From contig CAWJCY010000006.1 in NCBI GenBank assembly GCA_963841565.1, positions 32,001 to 96,000 of the forward strand: DNA of 64,000 bases, written 5' to 3'. How positions within the stretch are numbered: the first letter of the stretch is position 1; each line of letters begins with the position of its first letter. Below the pieces are notes generated by a model, which saw nothing but the letters and a program-made list of their open reading frames with translations, searched no databases and was not told the DNA's origin. The DNA comes from an uncultured Nitrososphaerales archaeon. Lineage in GTDB: Archaea > Thermoproteota > Nitrososphaeria > Nitrososphaerales > Nitrososphaeraceae. The translations under genes and the position numbers were made by a program. Of this stretch, positions 10,480 to 24,295 are shown piece by piece.

Positions 10480-11217
10480 TTGAGTGGCAATACTCGTGAA
10501 TCGTATGTAGAGAAAGCTCTTCAAGAATTGAGTAGGAGATGGAAGGTAGAGCCTCCTGTGTATGATTTGCATCTAGGGAAAAGGGATGACGTTAAGGACA
10601 CCGTGATTCAAATAAATGACGTCGTATTCCACATTCCATTTTTGGAACGTGACTCCTTGTATTTGCTTTGGAAATGTCTATGGCCTGATTGCCACAATTG
10701 CTGCGAACATCAAGCTAGCCTACCACTGACTAAGGATGACATTATTCATATTTCCTCGAAACTAGGTTATGATAGGACCTCTGACTTTGTGAATCATGAA
10801 ACGATAATCTCAACCCGTGATGACAATTCTATGGGAGGCTTGATTACAACGATTACAATGCTATCGCTGAAAAGAAAGGATCAGGAAAATGAATCTGACA
10901 CTGGGCAGCCATGTCGGTGCAGATTTCTTTCTGAGACCGGTTCTTGTTCTTTGCATCCAGACAAACCAGGCGTTTGTTGGCTATACCCATTTTCGTCATG
11001 GATTCAAATCTATGAAGGTAGACCACAGGTCCATGCGTCATTTCAATTAACGGGGGACTGTCCAGGCTTCTATACCTCCAGGAGCTTAGAATCAATCAAA
11101 GAAGTGTTAGAAAATTACTCAAAGACAATCTTTGATTATAACATGTCGATGATTCGAACAACTCGAGAGAGTCTTGGTGCATCAAACTGGGTAGAGGCCG
11201 AAAGCGCGAATCTATAA
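10480..11217 (+). CDS. YkgJ-family (CxxCxxCC) cysteine-cluster protein
   Basis: CLWPDCHNCC ... CRFL...CSLHPDKPGVCWLYPF ... DCPG. Confidence 0.85.
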   Translation: MSGNTRESYVEKALQELSRRWKVEPPVYDLHLGKRDDVKDTVIQINDVVFHIPFLERDSLYLLWKCLWPDCHNCCEHQASLPLTKDDIIHISSKLGYDRTSDFVNHETIISTRDDNSMGGLITTITMLSLKRKDQENESDTGQPCRCRFLSETGSCSLHPDKPGVCWLYPFSSWIQIYEGRPQVHASFQLTGDCPGFYTSRSLESIKEVLENYSKTIFDYNMSMIRTTRESLGASNWVEAESANL

Positions 11218-11282
11218 TAAGTTTCAGATTCACATTAAATGCCGTTATCTTTAAGCTAAACACAAATTCGCAAATTATGGTG

Positions 11283-11471
11283 CTAGATTATGTGCAGTCT
11301 TCGTGCGCAATCAATATGGTAATAACTACGAGGAATCCCCGTGCTAACCAGCACGTCGTCACTAAGGATTTTTTGTTCACAAAAGCAACACATGCCATTC
11401 TGTCTCGTATTTATTATACTTAAGATCCTATTAGAAATATTATCTTTCGTGATTATCACTCTACGTGCCAA
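11283..11471 (-). CDS. Small zinc-finger protein
   Basis: CCFC...YYHIDC (CxxC + HxxC), 62 aa. Confidence 0.6.
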   Translation of the reverse strand: MARRVIITKDNISNRILSIINTRQNGMCCFCEQKILSDDVLVSTGIPRSYYHIDCARRLHII

Positions 11472-11907
11472 TCTTGATCTAGGCGTACATCTATGTGTGC
11501 TTTAAGCGATTTGAGTCTTTTTTATGATAGAAAATTTCTACAATTAAGATGCTGGTAATTCTGATGCTACAAGGAATATTCGCTACTTTCACCGTGATAC
11601 AATGTAGCAGCAAATACTTGGTTTTATAACTAGTATCGACGTAATTATGATTTTTATCAATCTATCAATAGAAATGAATGGAACCAGTGCACCTTCATCT
11701 TCATTATATTCAGATTGCGATCTACCGTTCAACCTCCCCTTTGTCAAGGCTAGTTTGATGATATCCAACGTCATTATGATAGTTTGGAAAAAGAAAATCT
11801 AGTTCTGTCAGACCATTACAACCGGAGCCCGGATATTCGGCCATTAGTCCTCACGGGACATGTGACTGAATCTTACATCAGCAGTTCCTTTGTCTAATTA
11901 CCAATTT

Positions 11908-11972
11908 ACTCATGAATAACACAAGTGTGATTCATGAGTTACTCATGAGTAACTCATGAGTAACTCATTGAC
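11908..11972. repeat. Array of 10-bp palindromes (consensus ACTCATGAGT) with 11-bp period
   Basis: Units start at 11908 ACTCATGAAT, 11919 ACACAAGTGT, 11930 ATTCATGAGT, 11941 ACTCATGAGT, 11952 ACTCATGAGT, 11963 ACTCATTGAC. Confidence 0.9.
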
Positions 11973-12146
11973 AGCTCGTCAAGCTTCAAATTTGAGCTTC
12001 GTGATGCTTAACATACGCGAGGTGCAATAGTTTTGACGGCCTTTGAAGGATCAGTCTACCTATACTTGGGAAAGATAGTTTACTAATATTCAACTTCAAG
12101 AAGTATGCATGAACCTGAAATCTTATCTACCATTTGCCAGTTCACT

Positions 12147-12509
12147 TTACCTGCCAATCCTTTTCTTTTTTAACCAGCGAACCAGTTCCTTATTAAGGTC
12201 GTTGTTACTTACATCTATAAGAGGAATTCTTGCCTTGTTTGTAGATTCCAAGACATCTTTGAAAGAATTCATTTCTGCATATGAAAGCCATGCCCAATGA
12301 ACTATACCGTTCATCTGGTCTTTCACCACGTCTGCAGTAGATGGGAGCGAAACGTGTGCAAAAACTATCCCGTCGCACCATTTGACCAAGCTTGCTGTGC
12401 CTTCTGGTGCAACACCAAGGGTCATATGCTTCACAAAATCTGAGAGTGAGTATTCGACCATCTCATGTATTATTATTTGCTCAATAGGAGAATGTGTAAT
12501 TGTAATCAA
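12147..12509 (-). CDS. Conserved hypothetical archaeal protein
   Basis: 120-aa ORF with globular composition (KWCDGIVF, RIPLIDVS); TTATAA upstream. Confidence 0.7.
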   Translation of the reverse strand: MITITHSPIEQIIIHEMVEYSLSDFVKHMTLGVAPEGTASLVKWCDGIVFAHVSLPSTADVVKDQMNGIVHWAWLSYAEMNSFKDVLESTNKARIPLIDVSNNDLNKELVRWLKKKRIGR

Positions 12510-12759
12510 CGTACGGGATAATGCTCATCACGTGTTATAAAGATTAGAATTTACGATATGGATTCCAATTGATGACGCGGAATAATAGAAAATTCGCTTG
12601 GCAAGGATGTAAAATTACCAATTGCAACTCCAGGTTGAACTATAGTATTTGAGCCAAAGTTTCGGATTATAACCTCAAAATTACTAAACAGCTTCAAAAA
12701 ATGAGCGTGTATTTTAATAAGTGAAACAAAAAAAGGGAAGAAAGACTATTCGTATTTCT

Positions 12760-15537
<2,778 letters not shown>

Positions 15538-15785
15538 GGGTACTGTGCCAGAGCAATACTTTATAAATATTTTTACGTGTAATATACAATAAGATTCTAC
15601 AGTGAGATATTGCATGAATGACGGGGACAACGTAAGAATATAGGGGGACGTTATGGCTATTATGGCTACAATTTCATTAGATGCTTTTTGTTTGTTAACG
15701 AAATATCGTTACAAGCATTTCTCTCAGACCCTGAATTCTTAAGTCTTCACCCTTTGAAAAATTCAGCGCAGTCTTCTAGTTTCCG

Positions 15786-16055
15786 ATGAGACCTCTATGG
15801 GGGAATAACTACTTCTATTATGGCATATTTTTTTTAGCAGTCTTTTCGGTCGTGGCATCGGACTTGAATTCGGAGGGTTTCAGATGCCTGTCAATTCTTA
15901 GTCAGGAGGACGCGCCGATAATGGATCCTTCTCTAAGATCGCTAGAATGGAATTGTTTTATCGTCACCAACTCTTATGTGTATTCTCTATTTGGAATAGC
16001 AATTGGAGGAATACTGATCTTCATTTGGTATCGGAAGAGTTTCAACCAAGGCTAA
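15786..16055 (+). CDS. Small membrane protein (2 TM) of unknown function
   Basis: N- and C-terminal hydrophobic segments with two Cys in the loop; divergent from the Ala-rich gene. Confidence 0.45.
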   Translation: MRPLWGNNYFYYGIFFLAVFSVVASDLNSEGFRCLSILSQEDAPIMDPSLRSLEWNCFIVTNSYVYSLFGIAIGGILIFIWYRKSFNQG

Positions 16056-16648
16056 TGAATCCGTGATAGGTCGTGAGACTACCCCGTGTATGGTTCAAAC
16101 CTTAGAATGCTAAATAGAGAAACAACAATATGTAACTCTGGTTCTGGCCTATTACCCTTCACTGATAATGTGAACAGCCTTCAAGTTTATTGCAGATCAT
16201 CAATTCGGTCGAGGGTCCTCCCTTGACTATACTAGTGAGATTCAATTCTAGAGAATAAAGCATATAGCCGATGACATTCGATGCAAATATCCCTTACTTT
16301 GTGGTAGATATAATCAATTTCGAAGTTGTTGCAAGCATATTATTATTTGTATACACTAATTCGTTCATAATTATAAACATGGGAATCCTATCGAATTTTT
16401 TAAATGCGGCCTCCTGAGGAATCTTTGCGATTGAAACAAAAATGCTTATTTTATTTGGGAATGTCGTTCAATTGACCCCTAAGATGAAACCTATTCAAGA
16501 CAGGCACAATTGCTTGACTAAATAATTTGTGAGATTAACCCTACCTTACTCTAAGGTTGTTATGATAGAAGTGAAAGTATCGTACCACTGTTGCAAAGCT
16601 CAACAGTTACATTAATAATCGACTCTAGTTGTTCTAAGTAACATAGAT

Positions 16649-16960
16649 TTGAATGCTAGGACCTCTGATCGCACCGATTCTCGTCTGACAAAGTGGCATA
16701 TCCAGATACTTAGATGCGTTAAGGGTAGCTCCAAATCAGAGAGCAAAATTTCGAGTCAAACCGAACTTAATCCAATGATTGTTGCTCAATTGATAACCGA
16801 CCTTATGGAATATGGTCTGGTAGAAAGGACATTAAAGCGGAAAATGCGCATGTATTACAGAGAATACTTTTCTGCTACTTTGGATGGAGTTGCACTACTG
16901 GAAACAACTAGGCCCCACGAAAATGATCTGGTAGGAAGAATCATTTCCTTTCTGAGCTAA
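16649..16960 (+). CDS. Winged-helix protein
   Basis: ESKISSQTELNPMIVAQLITDLMEYGLVER...ATLDG wHTH pattern. Confidence 0.6.
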   Translation: MNARTSDRTDSRLTKWHIQILRCVKGSSKSESKISSQTELNPMIVAQLITDLMEYGLVERTLKRKMRMYYREYFSATLDGVALLETTRPHENDLVGRIISFLS

Positions 16961-17002
16961 TCGGATCACTTCTAATTCCCAATCGTGTTAGTATTTGCTA
17001 AA

Positions 17003-17758
17003 CTAGGTAGGTTTGAGCACTGGTACTGCTGAACCAGTTATCGCGCGAGAGTCATCAGAGCATAGGAACGCAATAATTTTCACTAGCTCGTCAATAGTAA
17101 CCCATTTCTTGAAATTGGCATCAGGCATCATTTTTCTGTTTGACTTTGTATCGATGATTGAAGGTAATACACAGTTGACGGTTAGATCATAATCCTTTAC
17201 TTCTTTTGAAACGGATTCCACAAATCTTATCAGGCCGGCTTTCGATGAGGCATAAGCTGAATCCAAACCCTGAGCAGATATCCCCGTGTACGAAGAAATA
17301 TGAACTATCCTACCATAACCAGATTGAAGCATTAGCGGGACAACATGCTTGGTAATTAGGAAGGCCGAAAGTAGATTTATGCCAATCATCTTGTTCCATT
17401 CTTCCTCTTCAAGTTGAACTACACTCTTGCCACCAAGATATCCTCCTACAGTATTCACTAGAATATCTATTCGACCTTGTTTCTTAGCAATTGTATTAAC
17501 AAGAGAAACCACTTCGGCATGCTCCATAGAATTACATCGAATAAGGTCGATCTTTTCAGATTTTGAACGAGTAATATTGATACTCATTTCATCTCGGTAA
17601 GTTCCAATGGTCGTAGCACCGTGGGACGTGAAAAAGTCCAATAACCGACTCCCAATTGCACCTGTGCTTCCCGTGATCAGAACTATTTTACCGGAGAAAT
17701 CATGCCTTATCAAATTGCGCCACCATTTGCCATTGCCCATCTGAACTCCCCACTGCAA
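17003..17758 (-). CDS. Short-chain dehydrogenase/reductase (SDR)
   Basis: ITGSTGAIG, IDILVNTVG, YASSK catalytic motif, NCVLPSIIDT; start codon uncertain. Confidence 0.92.
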   Translation of the reverse strand: MQWGVQMGNGKWWRNLIRHDFSGKIVLITGSTGAIGSRLLDFFTSHGATTIGTYRDEMSINITRSKSEKIDLIRCNSMEHAEVVSLVNTIAKKQGRIDILVNTVGGYLGGKSVVQLEEEEWNKMIGINLLSAFLITKHVVPLMLQSGYGRIVHISSYTGISAQGLDSAYASSKAGLIRFVESVSKEVKDYDLTVNCVLPSIIDTKSNRKMMPDANFKKWVTIDELVKIIAFLCSDDSRAITGSAVPVLKPT

Positions 17759-17904
17759 TATTTAACCCTTGCATATCTAGAATCTATTTGGGATAGGATT
17801 AGAGTGCCACAAGAGTTATTTGCATTCTCAACTCAAGGCCATGCACGACGTCGACTTAAAAGACATATATTCTCTTCTTGCAAGTAAATATTCAAAACAA
17901 CTAC

Positions 17905-18429
17905 ATGACTAAAATTGGCAATACGTATCGTTGGTTTCATGGACGATTTGCAAATCGACCAACGAATTTTAGCTGGGTGATAGAGAAAAAATTGGCGGGT
18001 AGCGGTATGCCAGTCAATCTGCCACAACTTTTGTGGGTTGCAAAGAACGGCATTAAGAGCGTAATCACAGTTAGAGAAAGTCCGCTTCCTACTTCATGGT
18101 TAGTCAATACTAGTCAGAAACTGGAGTACTTGCACCTGAAGGTTGATGACTTCTGTGCTCCATCGCTTGAAAGTTTAGAATCAACGGTCCGGTATATAGG
18201 CCAACACATTAGCGAAGAGAAACCAGTATTGGTGCATTGCGCAGCTGGAAAAGGAAGAACCGGAACCATTCTCGCGGCATATATCATGAAACAAAACCCC
18301 AAACTATCGTCTCTAGAAGCCATCAATAAGATCAGAGTTTTGAGACCAGGTTCGGTTCAATCTGAGGAACAGATATCAGCCCTTCAAAGATTCGAAAAGC
18401 ATCTAAAAAAGACGACCGGAATAATCTAG
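17905..18429 (+). CDS. Dual-specificity/protein-tyrosine phosphatase
   Basis: VHCAAGKGRTG (HCx5R), RPGSVQSEEQ; ATG at 17905. Confidence 0.92.
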   Translation: MTKIGNTYRWFHGRFANRPTNFSWVIEKKLAGSGMPVNLPQLLWVAKNGIKSVITVRESPLPTSWLVNTSQKLEYLHLKVDDFCAPSLESLESTVRYIGQHISEEKPVLVHCAAGKGRTGTILAAYIMKQNPKLSSLEAINKIRVLRPGSVQSEEQISALQRFEKHLKKTTGII

Positions 18430-18696
18430 GTGCGTCCTCATTGTATGATATCGCGAGAGATTAAATTAAGAACTCTTTTTGTGTAGGATGTTCATATCTA
18501 GGAACGATTTGGATGAAACTCTCACGCTTTACGCATTTCAAATCTAACCTCAATAGCATTTTGAGGGGGATAGACGGATATATATGCGGATGGATTTGTG
18601 GGCGAGATTTAGAATTTCCCAAATACATTGAAGTGAATAGCAGAACCTGTTTGCTATTGGAACAGGGCTTAGCTTATATGTCAGGCAGAGGGATAT

Positions 18697-19038
18697 ATGA
18701 TGGATCTTTTGACTCAAAATAGCTTTCCTATGAAGGATTGGCATATTCAACATATGGAAAAGACAATTGTAAAGTATTTAACGGGAATATCGGAAACGGC
18801 CTCGACATGGGAGAAGCGACAGCATCGGAGATACGGGACCATAGCAAATTGCATAAAACAGATAGAATATGACATTAAACATGGGGTTACGATTGATGAA
18901 GTGAGCGGGGTCTTGAAGAAAATTAAGACAGATTCCTCTTTTGAAAACCTTCGTCGTACCGATAGTTTTTATGAACGCTTTGATGAGATTGAAAGACACT
19001 TTGCTCCTCTTAAGGAACGTCTCGCCCTTTGGAATTAG
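18697..19038 (+). CDS. Hypothetical protein
   Basis: 113-aa charged ORF with TTATAT box upstream. Confidence 0.65.
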   Translation: MMDLLTQNSFPMKDWHIQHMEKTIVKYLTGISETASTWEKRQHRRYGTIANCIKQIEYDIKHGVTIDEVSGVLKKIKTDSSFENLRRTDSFYERFDEIERHFAPLKERLALWN

Positions 19039-19388
19039 ACCTGGATGAAATAACTAATTTTGTCTCAATTCCTTAAAAGTAAAAATGTAGATACAAATTA
19101 ATTCGATTGGCGACTCTAGTTCGTTACATTTGTAACTTCCGGCGGATGTTATATTTGATTGAAAGTTGTAATTTGTCCATCCCCTTCTATGTATATAAGA
19201 TTTGTTTGAATTGCCCGTTAATGCTGGTCACGCGGGCAGAGAAGAGTCTGTTTATACATATTAGATGCGCACTTAACAATTGCATTATACTACAATATCT
19301 GAAATTTTGAAAAGCCCTCAACAGCATGACGAAAAATCCTCTGCGATTGTCTTCTTGATTAATAAAGGGTTTTCTCATTTTAGATCTC

Positions 19389-19727
19389 ATGAGTGAATTC
19401 GGTTTCGTCAATAATAAAGCTGGTATGCAATTTGAAGATCATCTAACAAGTTTAAGAGGCGATATCAAAGAAATCCTTTTAGAGCTTAGACGGTTCGTAA
19501 AGTCGCTTGGCGACATGGTTATAGAGGAAGTGCGTCCACATCGAATTGTTTACTCGAAGACGCTGAACTTTAGGGCATTCCTTGATGTTCAACCAAAAGA
19601 CAACGGACTCTCTATAATAGTAAAACATGGTAGGGGTAAACCAGAAAATGCCTTTCTTATTTCTAGCGATAAGGACCTGGAAGCGGCGAAATTGCAAATT
19701 TCACAGGCTTTCCAAGATATTAGGTAA
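19389..19727 (+). CDS. DUF5655-like protein
   Basis: LRRFVKSLG..IEEVRPHRIVYSK..FLDVQPK..LEAAKLQISQAF pattern. Confidence 0.65.
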   Translation: MSEFGFVNNKAGMQFEDHLTSLRGDIKEILLELRRFVKSLGDMVIEEVRPHRIVYSKTLNFRAFLDVQPKDNGLSIIVKHGRGKPENAFLISSDKDLEAAKLQISQAFQDIR

Positions 19728-19982
19728 AAAGGTGACTCGTACTGCCTTATCGTAAAATTAGAATAATTTAAGGCGAAATAAGCGAACTTGAGAGCTTGTT
19801 TAATCAGGCCGAGAAAGAGAATGACAATGTAGGCAACGCGTTAGCAATCAAAGAAAATTAGTGTGCCAGCATTATCGGTATCTCGATACTTGGTAAATTT
19901 CACCCAATGAGATCGAATTTAAGGCAAGCCGCTGGATTGGTAGGCGAGTCGTAAGCCTATAACTCTTCAATTCGCCTCAATC

Positions 19983-20228
19983 CTAATGATTCCCCTGACC
20001 CTCTATAACTATCAATGTTAAAGTCGACTTTATTTTGTCTATTTTTCTAATGTGCCATGTGATTGTCTCCTTTAGCTTGTCCATCGAATCCGAGCTTATT
20101 TTCACAATCATGTCGTAGACCCCATAACATCCTTCGACATCATTGACTCCTGGTAGCTTTTTCAGATCGTTAATAATATCTGCTTCATGGCCGAGTTCAC
20201 AGTTGAGTAATACGTATGCTACTGGCAT
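19983..20228 (-). CDS. Stand-alone Lrp/AsnC ligand-binding (RAM) domain protein
   Basis: AYVLLNCELG...YGVYDMIVKI...IRKIDKIKSTLTLIV; no HTH. Confidence 0.9.
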   Translation of the reverse strand: MPVAYVLLNCELGHEADIINDLKKLPGVNDVEGCYGVYDMIVKISSDSMDKLKETITWHIRKIDKIKSTLTLIVIEGQGNH

Positions 20229-20340
20229 AGCCCCTATAACTAGCCAGTAGTATTAAACTTGTGTATTTTGAAAAAGATGTGCCAACCCCTTAGGAATGGC
20301 TCAAACAAAATATAGATTGAACCCGCAAATATCATCAACA

Positions 20341-20868
20341 TTACCCTAGAACTGGTCGTATGTTAAGTCCAAGCGCAGAAGATTTAATCGAAAAAGTAAA
20401 GATCGAAAAATTATGTGCTAAATCGCTGCCAGTAAAAAGAATAGAAATAAGAAAAAGAATAATGACAAAAACTGCAATAACTACAACTAGGATAAGTATT
20501 CTTGTCCTGAGATCCTTTAGACTAGAAGTTCTTGCAGACTTGCTTGCAGTTGTAATTCTCTCTGACACTCCAGCCGCTCGCGGTTTTGGTTCTCCACGGG
20601 ATATTCTTTTCTTTACCTTTGCGCTATTCAGAATTGGGATTTTTTTTGGTTGAGCAGAAGGATCGGCAATGGGCGTCCGTATTTCGTAAAGAACTACCTC
20701 TTTTCCCGAACTAGATAGTTCATTAAACAAACTTAAGGCCTGAGGGTAGTCAGTCTCTTTTTCTGTGTTGACAACGTGACTATTTTTGTCATTCCATTCA
20801 ATAGTCCAAGTACTTGTAAACGGAGACCGTTCCTCTTTAGGCTCTACTCCGTTGTCAGACATCGTCAA
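20341..20868 (-). CDS. Hypothetical protein with C-terminal TM anchor
   Basis: 175-aa ORF; ILILVVVIAVFVIILFLISILF. Confidence 0.65.
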   Translation of the reverse strand: MTMSDNGVEPKEERSPFTSTWTIEWNDKNSHVVNTEKETDYPQALSLFNELSSSGKEVVLYEIRTPIADPSAQPKKIPILNSAKVKKRISRGEPKPRAAGVSERITTASKSARTSSLKDLRTRILILVVVIAVFVIILFLISILFTGSDLAHNFSIFTFSIKSSALGLNIRPVLG

Positions 20869-21169
20869 TATTATCTCTATTTTGTTATTATATACGTTAT
20901 TGTTGTCAGAGCCAGATTCTATTTATAGGTATCATCAAAATTTTGTGCTGAAAAGTGCAGCTTATTCAAGTTTATACAAGGGCGCCCACGAATCTTGGGA
21001 TATTCCATTCTCCTTGTTCAAAGAATGATTTTTGGGTTGTACAGTCCCTAAGTTTCAGTCAGTAATTTTCAACCTGAGATCAACAGTTCCTCTGTTAAGG
21101 CTCAGAAATAACCATTTACCAGTGGAGACTCTGTACTTTTTTACTGGTTTACAGGAGATCTTGCAAACT

Positions 21170-21838
21170 CTAGACCTTGAAAGCTCTACTAATCATGATC
21201 AACTCTGGTCCACTCGTCAAACTACCAACGATAACGGATTTGCTGTTAGCGAGCAATCCCGATGACAGGAATGGCATACCGCTGTTAACCGTGACTGGCT
21301 CAGTCTCGACCTTTAGAGTCTCTGCGATAATCGCCAATTCTTCTTCTGATGCCTTGGGGTGAACAGCTGCACCCGTATCAGTTGCAACAATCATTGAACC
21401 GATCTGGTAATATCCTGCGATAGTACAAGAAATAACGGGTACACCAAGAACATCCTGGACCTGCTTGTCAACTTCACCTTTGAATATAGGAGAAACCAAT
21501 GCACCATTATCATTGGCCAAAACTAGGTTCCCCACGGCAGTAAACCTACTAGATAGTCTTTCTACGTTAAGCCCGGTCAATCGCCTCATAACTTCAATCT
21601 CCTCGTCCGACGAAAAAGACGACAACAAGATCCCTTTGTTGTTCATGACAGCCATTGCCCCAATGAGCCTGGTTCCTCCAACCGAAGTAAAAATTACATT
21701 TTCGACCTCTAGATAACTCCTCAATTTAATCATTTTAGTTTCGGCAAAACCAAAAGGTAGGATGAGAGTGCTATTGTTCGCACGACTGAACAACCCTAGA
21801 TTCGGACTCTTGTAAATATCGTACTTGTAAATTCCCAA
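21170..21838 (-). CDS. eif6: Translation initiation factor 6 (aIF6)
   Basis: SPNLGLF, NNKGILL, AVGNLVLANDNGALV, GAAVHP, TVNSG, GSLTSGPEL. Confidence 0.93.
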   Translation of the reverse strand: MGIYKYDIYKSPNLGLFSRANNSTLILPFGFAETKMIKLRSYLEVENVIFTSVGGTRLIGAMAVMNNKGILLSSFSSDEEIEVMRRLTGLNVERLSSRFTAVGNLVLANDNGALVSPIFKGEVDKQVQDVLGVPVISCTIAGYYQIGSMIVATDTGAAVHPKASEEELAIIAETLKVETEPVTVNSGMPFLSSGLLANSKSVIVGSLTSGPELIMISRAFKV

Positions 21839-22014
21839 CTAATAGGAATTCGATGAGACATTTCTTCATATGAACCTATTGGGAACCGGAATCAAATCCA
21901 TATCATAAAGAAGCCTCAGCGAGAACTACTATCAGTACAGACATAGACCTTGAAGGCGAACCATTCGAAATGATAAATATACAGTATTAGAATATCTGAT
22001 CAAGATTTACGAAG

Positions 22015-22953
22015 TTGGCCACAAATCATTATTTTGGTAGGGATGTTGTTTCAATTAGAGATTTTACTCGGGATGAATTAGAATTTCTTTTCAATTTCAC
22101 AGACAAGATATCTAATCTATCGAGGATTGAAAGAAGCGAACTGGGTAAAGGACGAACCCTTGGTTCAATTTACTATGAACCAAGCACAAGAACAAGGATG
22201 AGCTTTGAAGCCGCAATCTCTTCTATCGGAGGTAGCTCAATTGGTATAACAGATCCTAAGTCTTCATCTATTGAAAAGGGTGAGAGTTTGTCAGATACAA
22301 TTCGAATTATGGATTTGTATTCTGATGTACTCGTATTGAGACATCCTTTAGATGGTTCAGGTAGGTTTGCTAGCGAACTGTCAAAGAATCCTGTTATCAA
22401 CGCAGGGAGCGGAAGCGAGGAACATCCGACTCAGGCTATGCTCGATTTATATACAATTTATAAAGAGAAAAAAAGAATTGACGGCCTTCGAATAGGAATT
22501 ATTGGTGACCTAAAATATGGTAGAACGATATATTCATTGGTATATGGACTAGCTAACTACGACGTAGATATTCGACTGATATCACCCCCTACCCTCAGCA
22601 TACGAAAGGAGTCAATATACGGCGTGGAAAATAAGTTAAAGATTCATGAGTACACTGACATACCTGAGGACATTTTGTCAACGCTAGATGTAATATATGT
22701 AACTAGGATTCAGAAAGAACGATTCCCTGACATACAAGAGTATGAAAAAGTAAAGGGTACCTATACTATTGATCAAACCACAATCGACAAGTCAAAAACT
22801 GATGTTTCAATTATGCATCCATTGCCCAGGTTAGATGAGATCTCGCATTCAATAGACAATACCAACAATGCCGCTTACTTCAGACAAGCAGCAAATGGGA
22901 AAGAGATCAGAGCAGCACTTCTAGCACTGATCACCAATGAAGACCCTGCATAG
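22015..22953 (+). CDS. pyrB: Aspartate carbamoyltransferase catalytic subunit
   Basis: YEPSTRTRMSFE, KGESLSDT, NAGSGSEEHPTQ, GDLKYGRT, MHPLPR. Confidence 0.97.
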   Translation: MATNHYFGRDVVSIRDFTRDELEFLFNFTDKISNLSRIERSELGKGRTLGSIYYEPSTRTRMSFEAAISSIGGSSIGITDPKSSSIEKGESLSDTIRIMDLYSDVLVLRHPLDGSGRFASELSKNPVINAGSGSEEHPTQAMLDLYTIYKEKKRIDGLRIGIIGDLKYGRTIYSLVYGLANYDVDIRLISPPTLSIRKESIYGVENKLKIHEYTDIPEDILSTLDVIYVTRIQKERFPDIQEYEKVKGTYTIDQTTIDKSKTDVSIMHPLPRLDEISHSIDNTNNAAYFRQAANGKEIRAALLALITNEDPA

Positions 22954-23116
22954 TTAATTCATGTTCTGACGATCTTTGTCATGCATTGAAGTGGGTCTTA
23001 GGCATTAAAGCTACTATAACCCCCCAGAATACATTAAATCTAATAACAATATTTTTGTCGAATTGTTTAATACGATTTAAAAATCAGTAGCGGAAATAAC
23101 GTGACAGATTAAGTAG

Positions 23117-23776
23117 ATGCATGTGATAGATTTGTCCCTCGAAATAAATGCAGATTTGCAAGTGTTTCCAGGTTCTCCTCAACCTCTATTCATGAAGTGG
23201 ACAAAATATGAGGTGCATTCTTATGATTCAGAAATCATGATGATGAGTACTCATACTGGAACCCATATGGATGCTCCTTCCCATTTCGTAGTAAATACTG
23301 CGAGTATAGATATGATCGGAGTAGACCGGCTTGTAAGTCCTGCCCTACTGTTGCACCTGCCTAAAGGCGCAAACGAACTGATCACCCTTGACGACTTGCG
23401 TGATATCAATGAAATAGATCGAGGCATTTCGATCGTGTTTAGAACTGGCTGGCAGAAAATGATAGCTGACAAAGATTACATGATAAGCAATCCTGGTTTA
23501 TCAGAGTCTGCTGCTGCGTTCTTGGCAGAGAAGAAAATAAACGCCGTAGGAATAGATGGTCCCAGTATCGATATTGGATCAGATGAACATTTCTCTACTC
23601 ACAAAATGTTGCTAGCCAAAGGCATTTTGATAGTAGAGAATTTATGCAATCTTGAGAGTCTAGAACATAAAGACACATTCACTTTGCTAATCAATCCGCT
23701 TAAGCTAAAGGGAGCCTCTGGTTCTCCGGTTAGAGCACTCGCAATAATAGCCAATCAAAGTTCTGCGAGGCCCTGA
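23117..23776 (+). CDS. Cyclase family protein (kynurenine formamidase-like)
   Basis: HTGTHMDAPSH, GIDGPSID, IVENL, GASGSPVRA. Confidence 0.9.
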   Translation: MHVIDLSLEINADLQVFPGSPQPLFMKWTKYEVHSYDSEIMMMSTHTGTHMDAPSHFVVNTASIDMIGVDRLVSPALLLHLPKGANELITLDDLRDINEIDRGISIVFRTGWQKMIADKDYMISNPGLSESAAAFLAEKKINAVGIDGPSIDIGSDEHFSTHKMLLAKGILIVENLCNLESLEHKDTFTLLINPLKLKGASGSPVRALAIIANQSSARP

Positions 23777-23803
23777 TCACATCAATTACGGCTTATCATC
23801 GGG

Positions 23804-24193
23804 GTGAGCGTGGCTAAAAAGACATTTATAAATAGTCAATCTCTAGTTGACAATAAAATGCCAATGAGTTCAAATAAGGTGATTTTGGTTGCATCGTCTA
23901 TTTATCTTGTCTTTTTCTTTGCGCTAGGATCAGGCTTGTTTAATTCTATTCTTGAAGGGTCTGGAAGGTTATCAGGCTCTTTCATAATTCCATCAAGATC
24001 TATTCAGACAGTTGCTGAAACAGTGGTCATGATCATTATCTTTCTACTTGGGACGAGCGGAGTTTACTTACTCTATAAGGGTGGAATTTCTCAAGCGCCA
24101 ATTAAGAATCAAGGTGCATTAATAGCAGCTGGATTTGTAATAATAGGAATCGCGTTGGTCCTAGGATTTAGGATCATTGATATCAAGCTTTGA
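23804..24193 (+). CDS. Membrane protein (3 TM) of unknown function
   Basis: Three hydrophobic segments; real start probably a downstream ATG (~23858). Confidence 0.65.
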   Translation: MSVAKKTFINSQSLVDNKMPMSSNKVILVASSIYLVFFFALGSGLFNSILEGSGRLSGSFIIPSRSIQTVAETVVMIIIFLLGTSGVYLLYKGGISQAPIKNQGALIAAGFVIIGIALVLGFRIIDIKL

Positions 24194-24295
24194 AGGAATG
24201 ACGCTCAGAACATCCAGGCCTGACGTAACAGATTATGTAAATAGCTGGAAAACACTACTGAATGAAAGGCTTTTTTTAAACATCTCGCACAGTAG

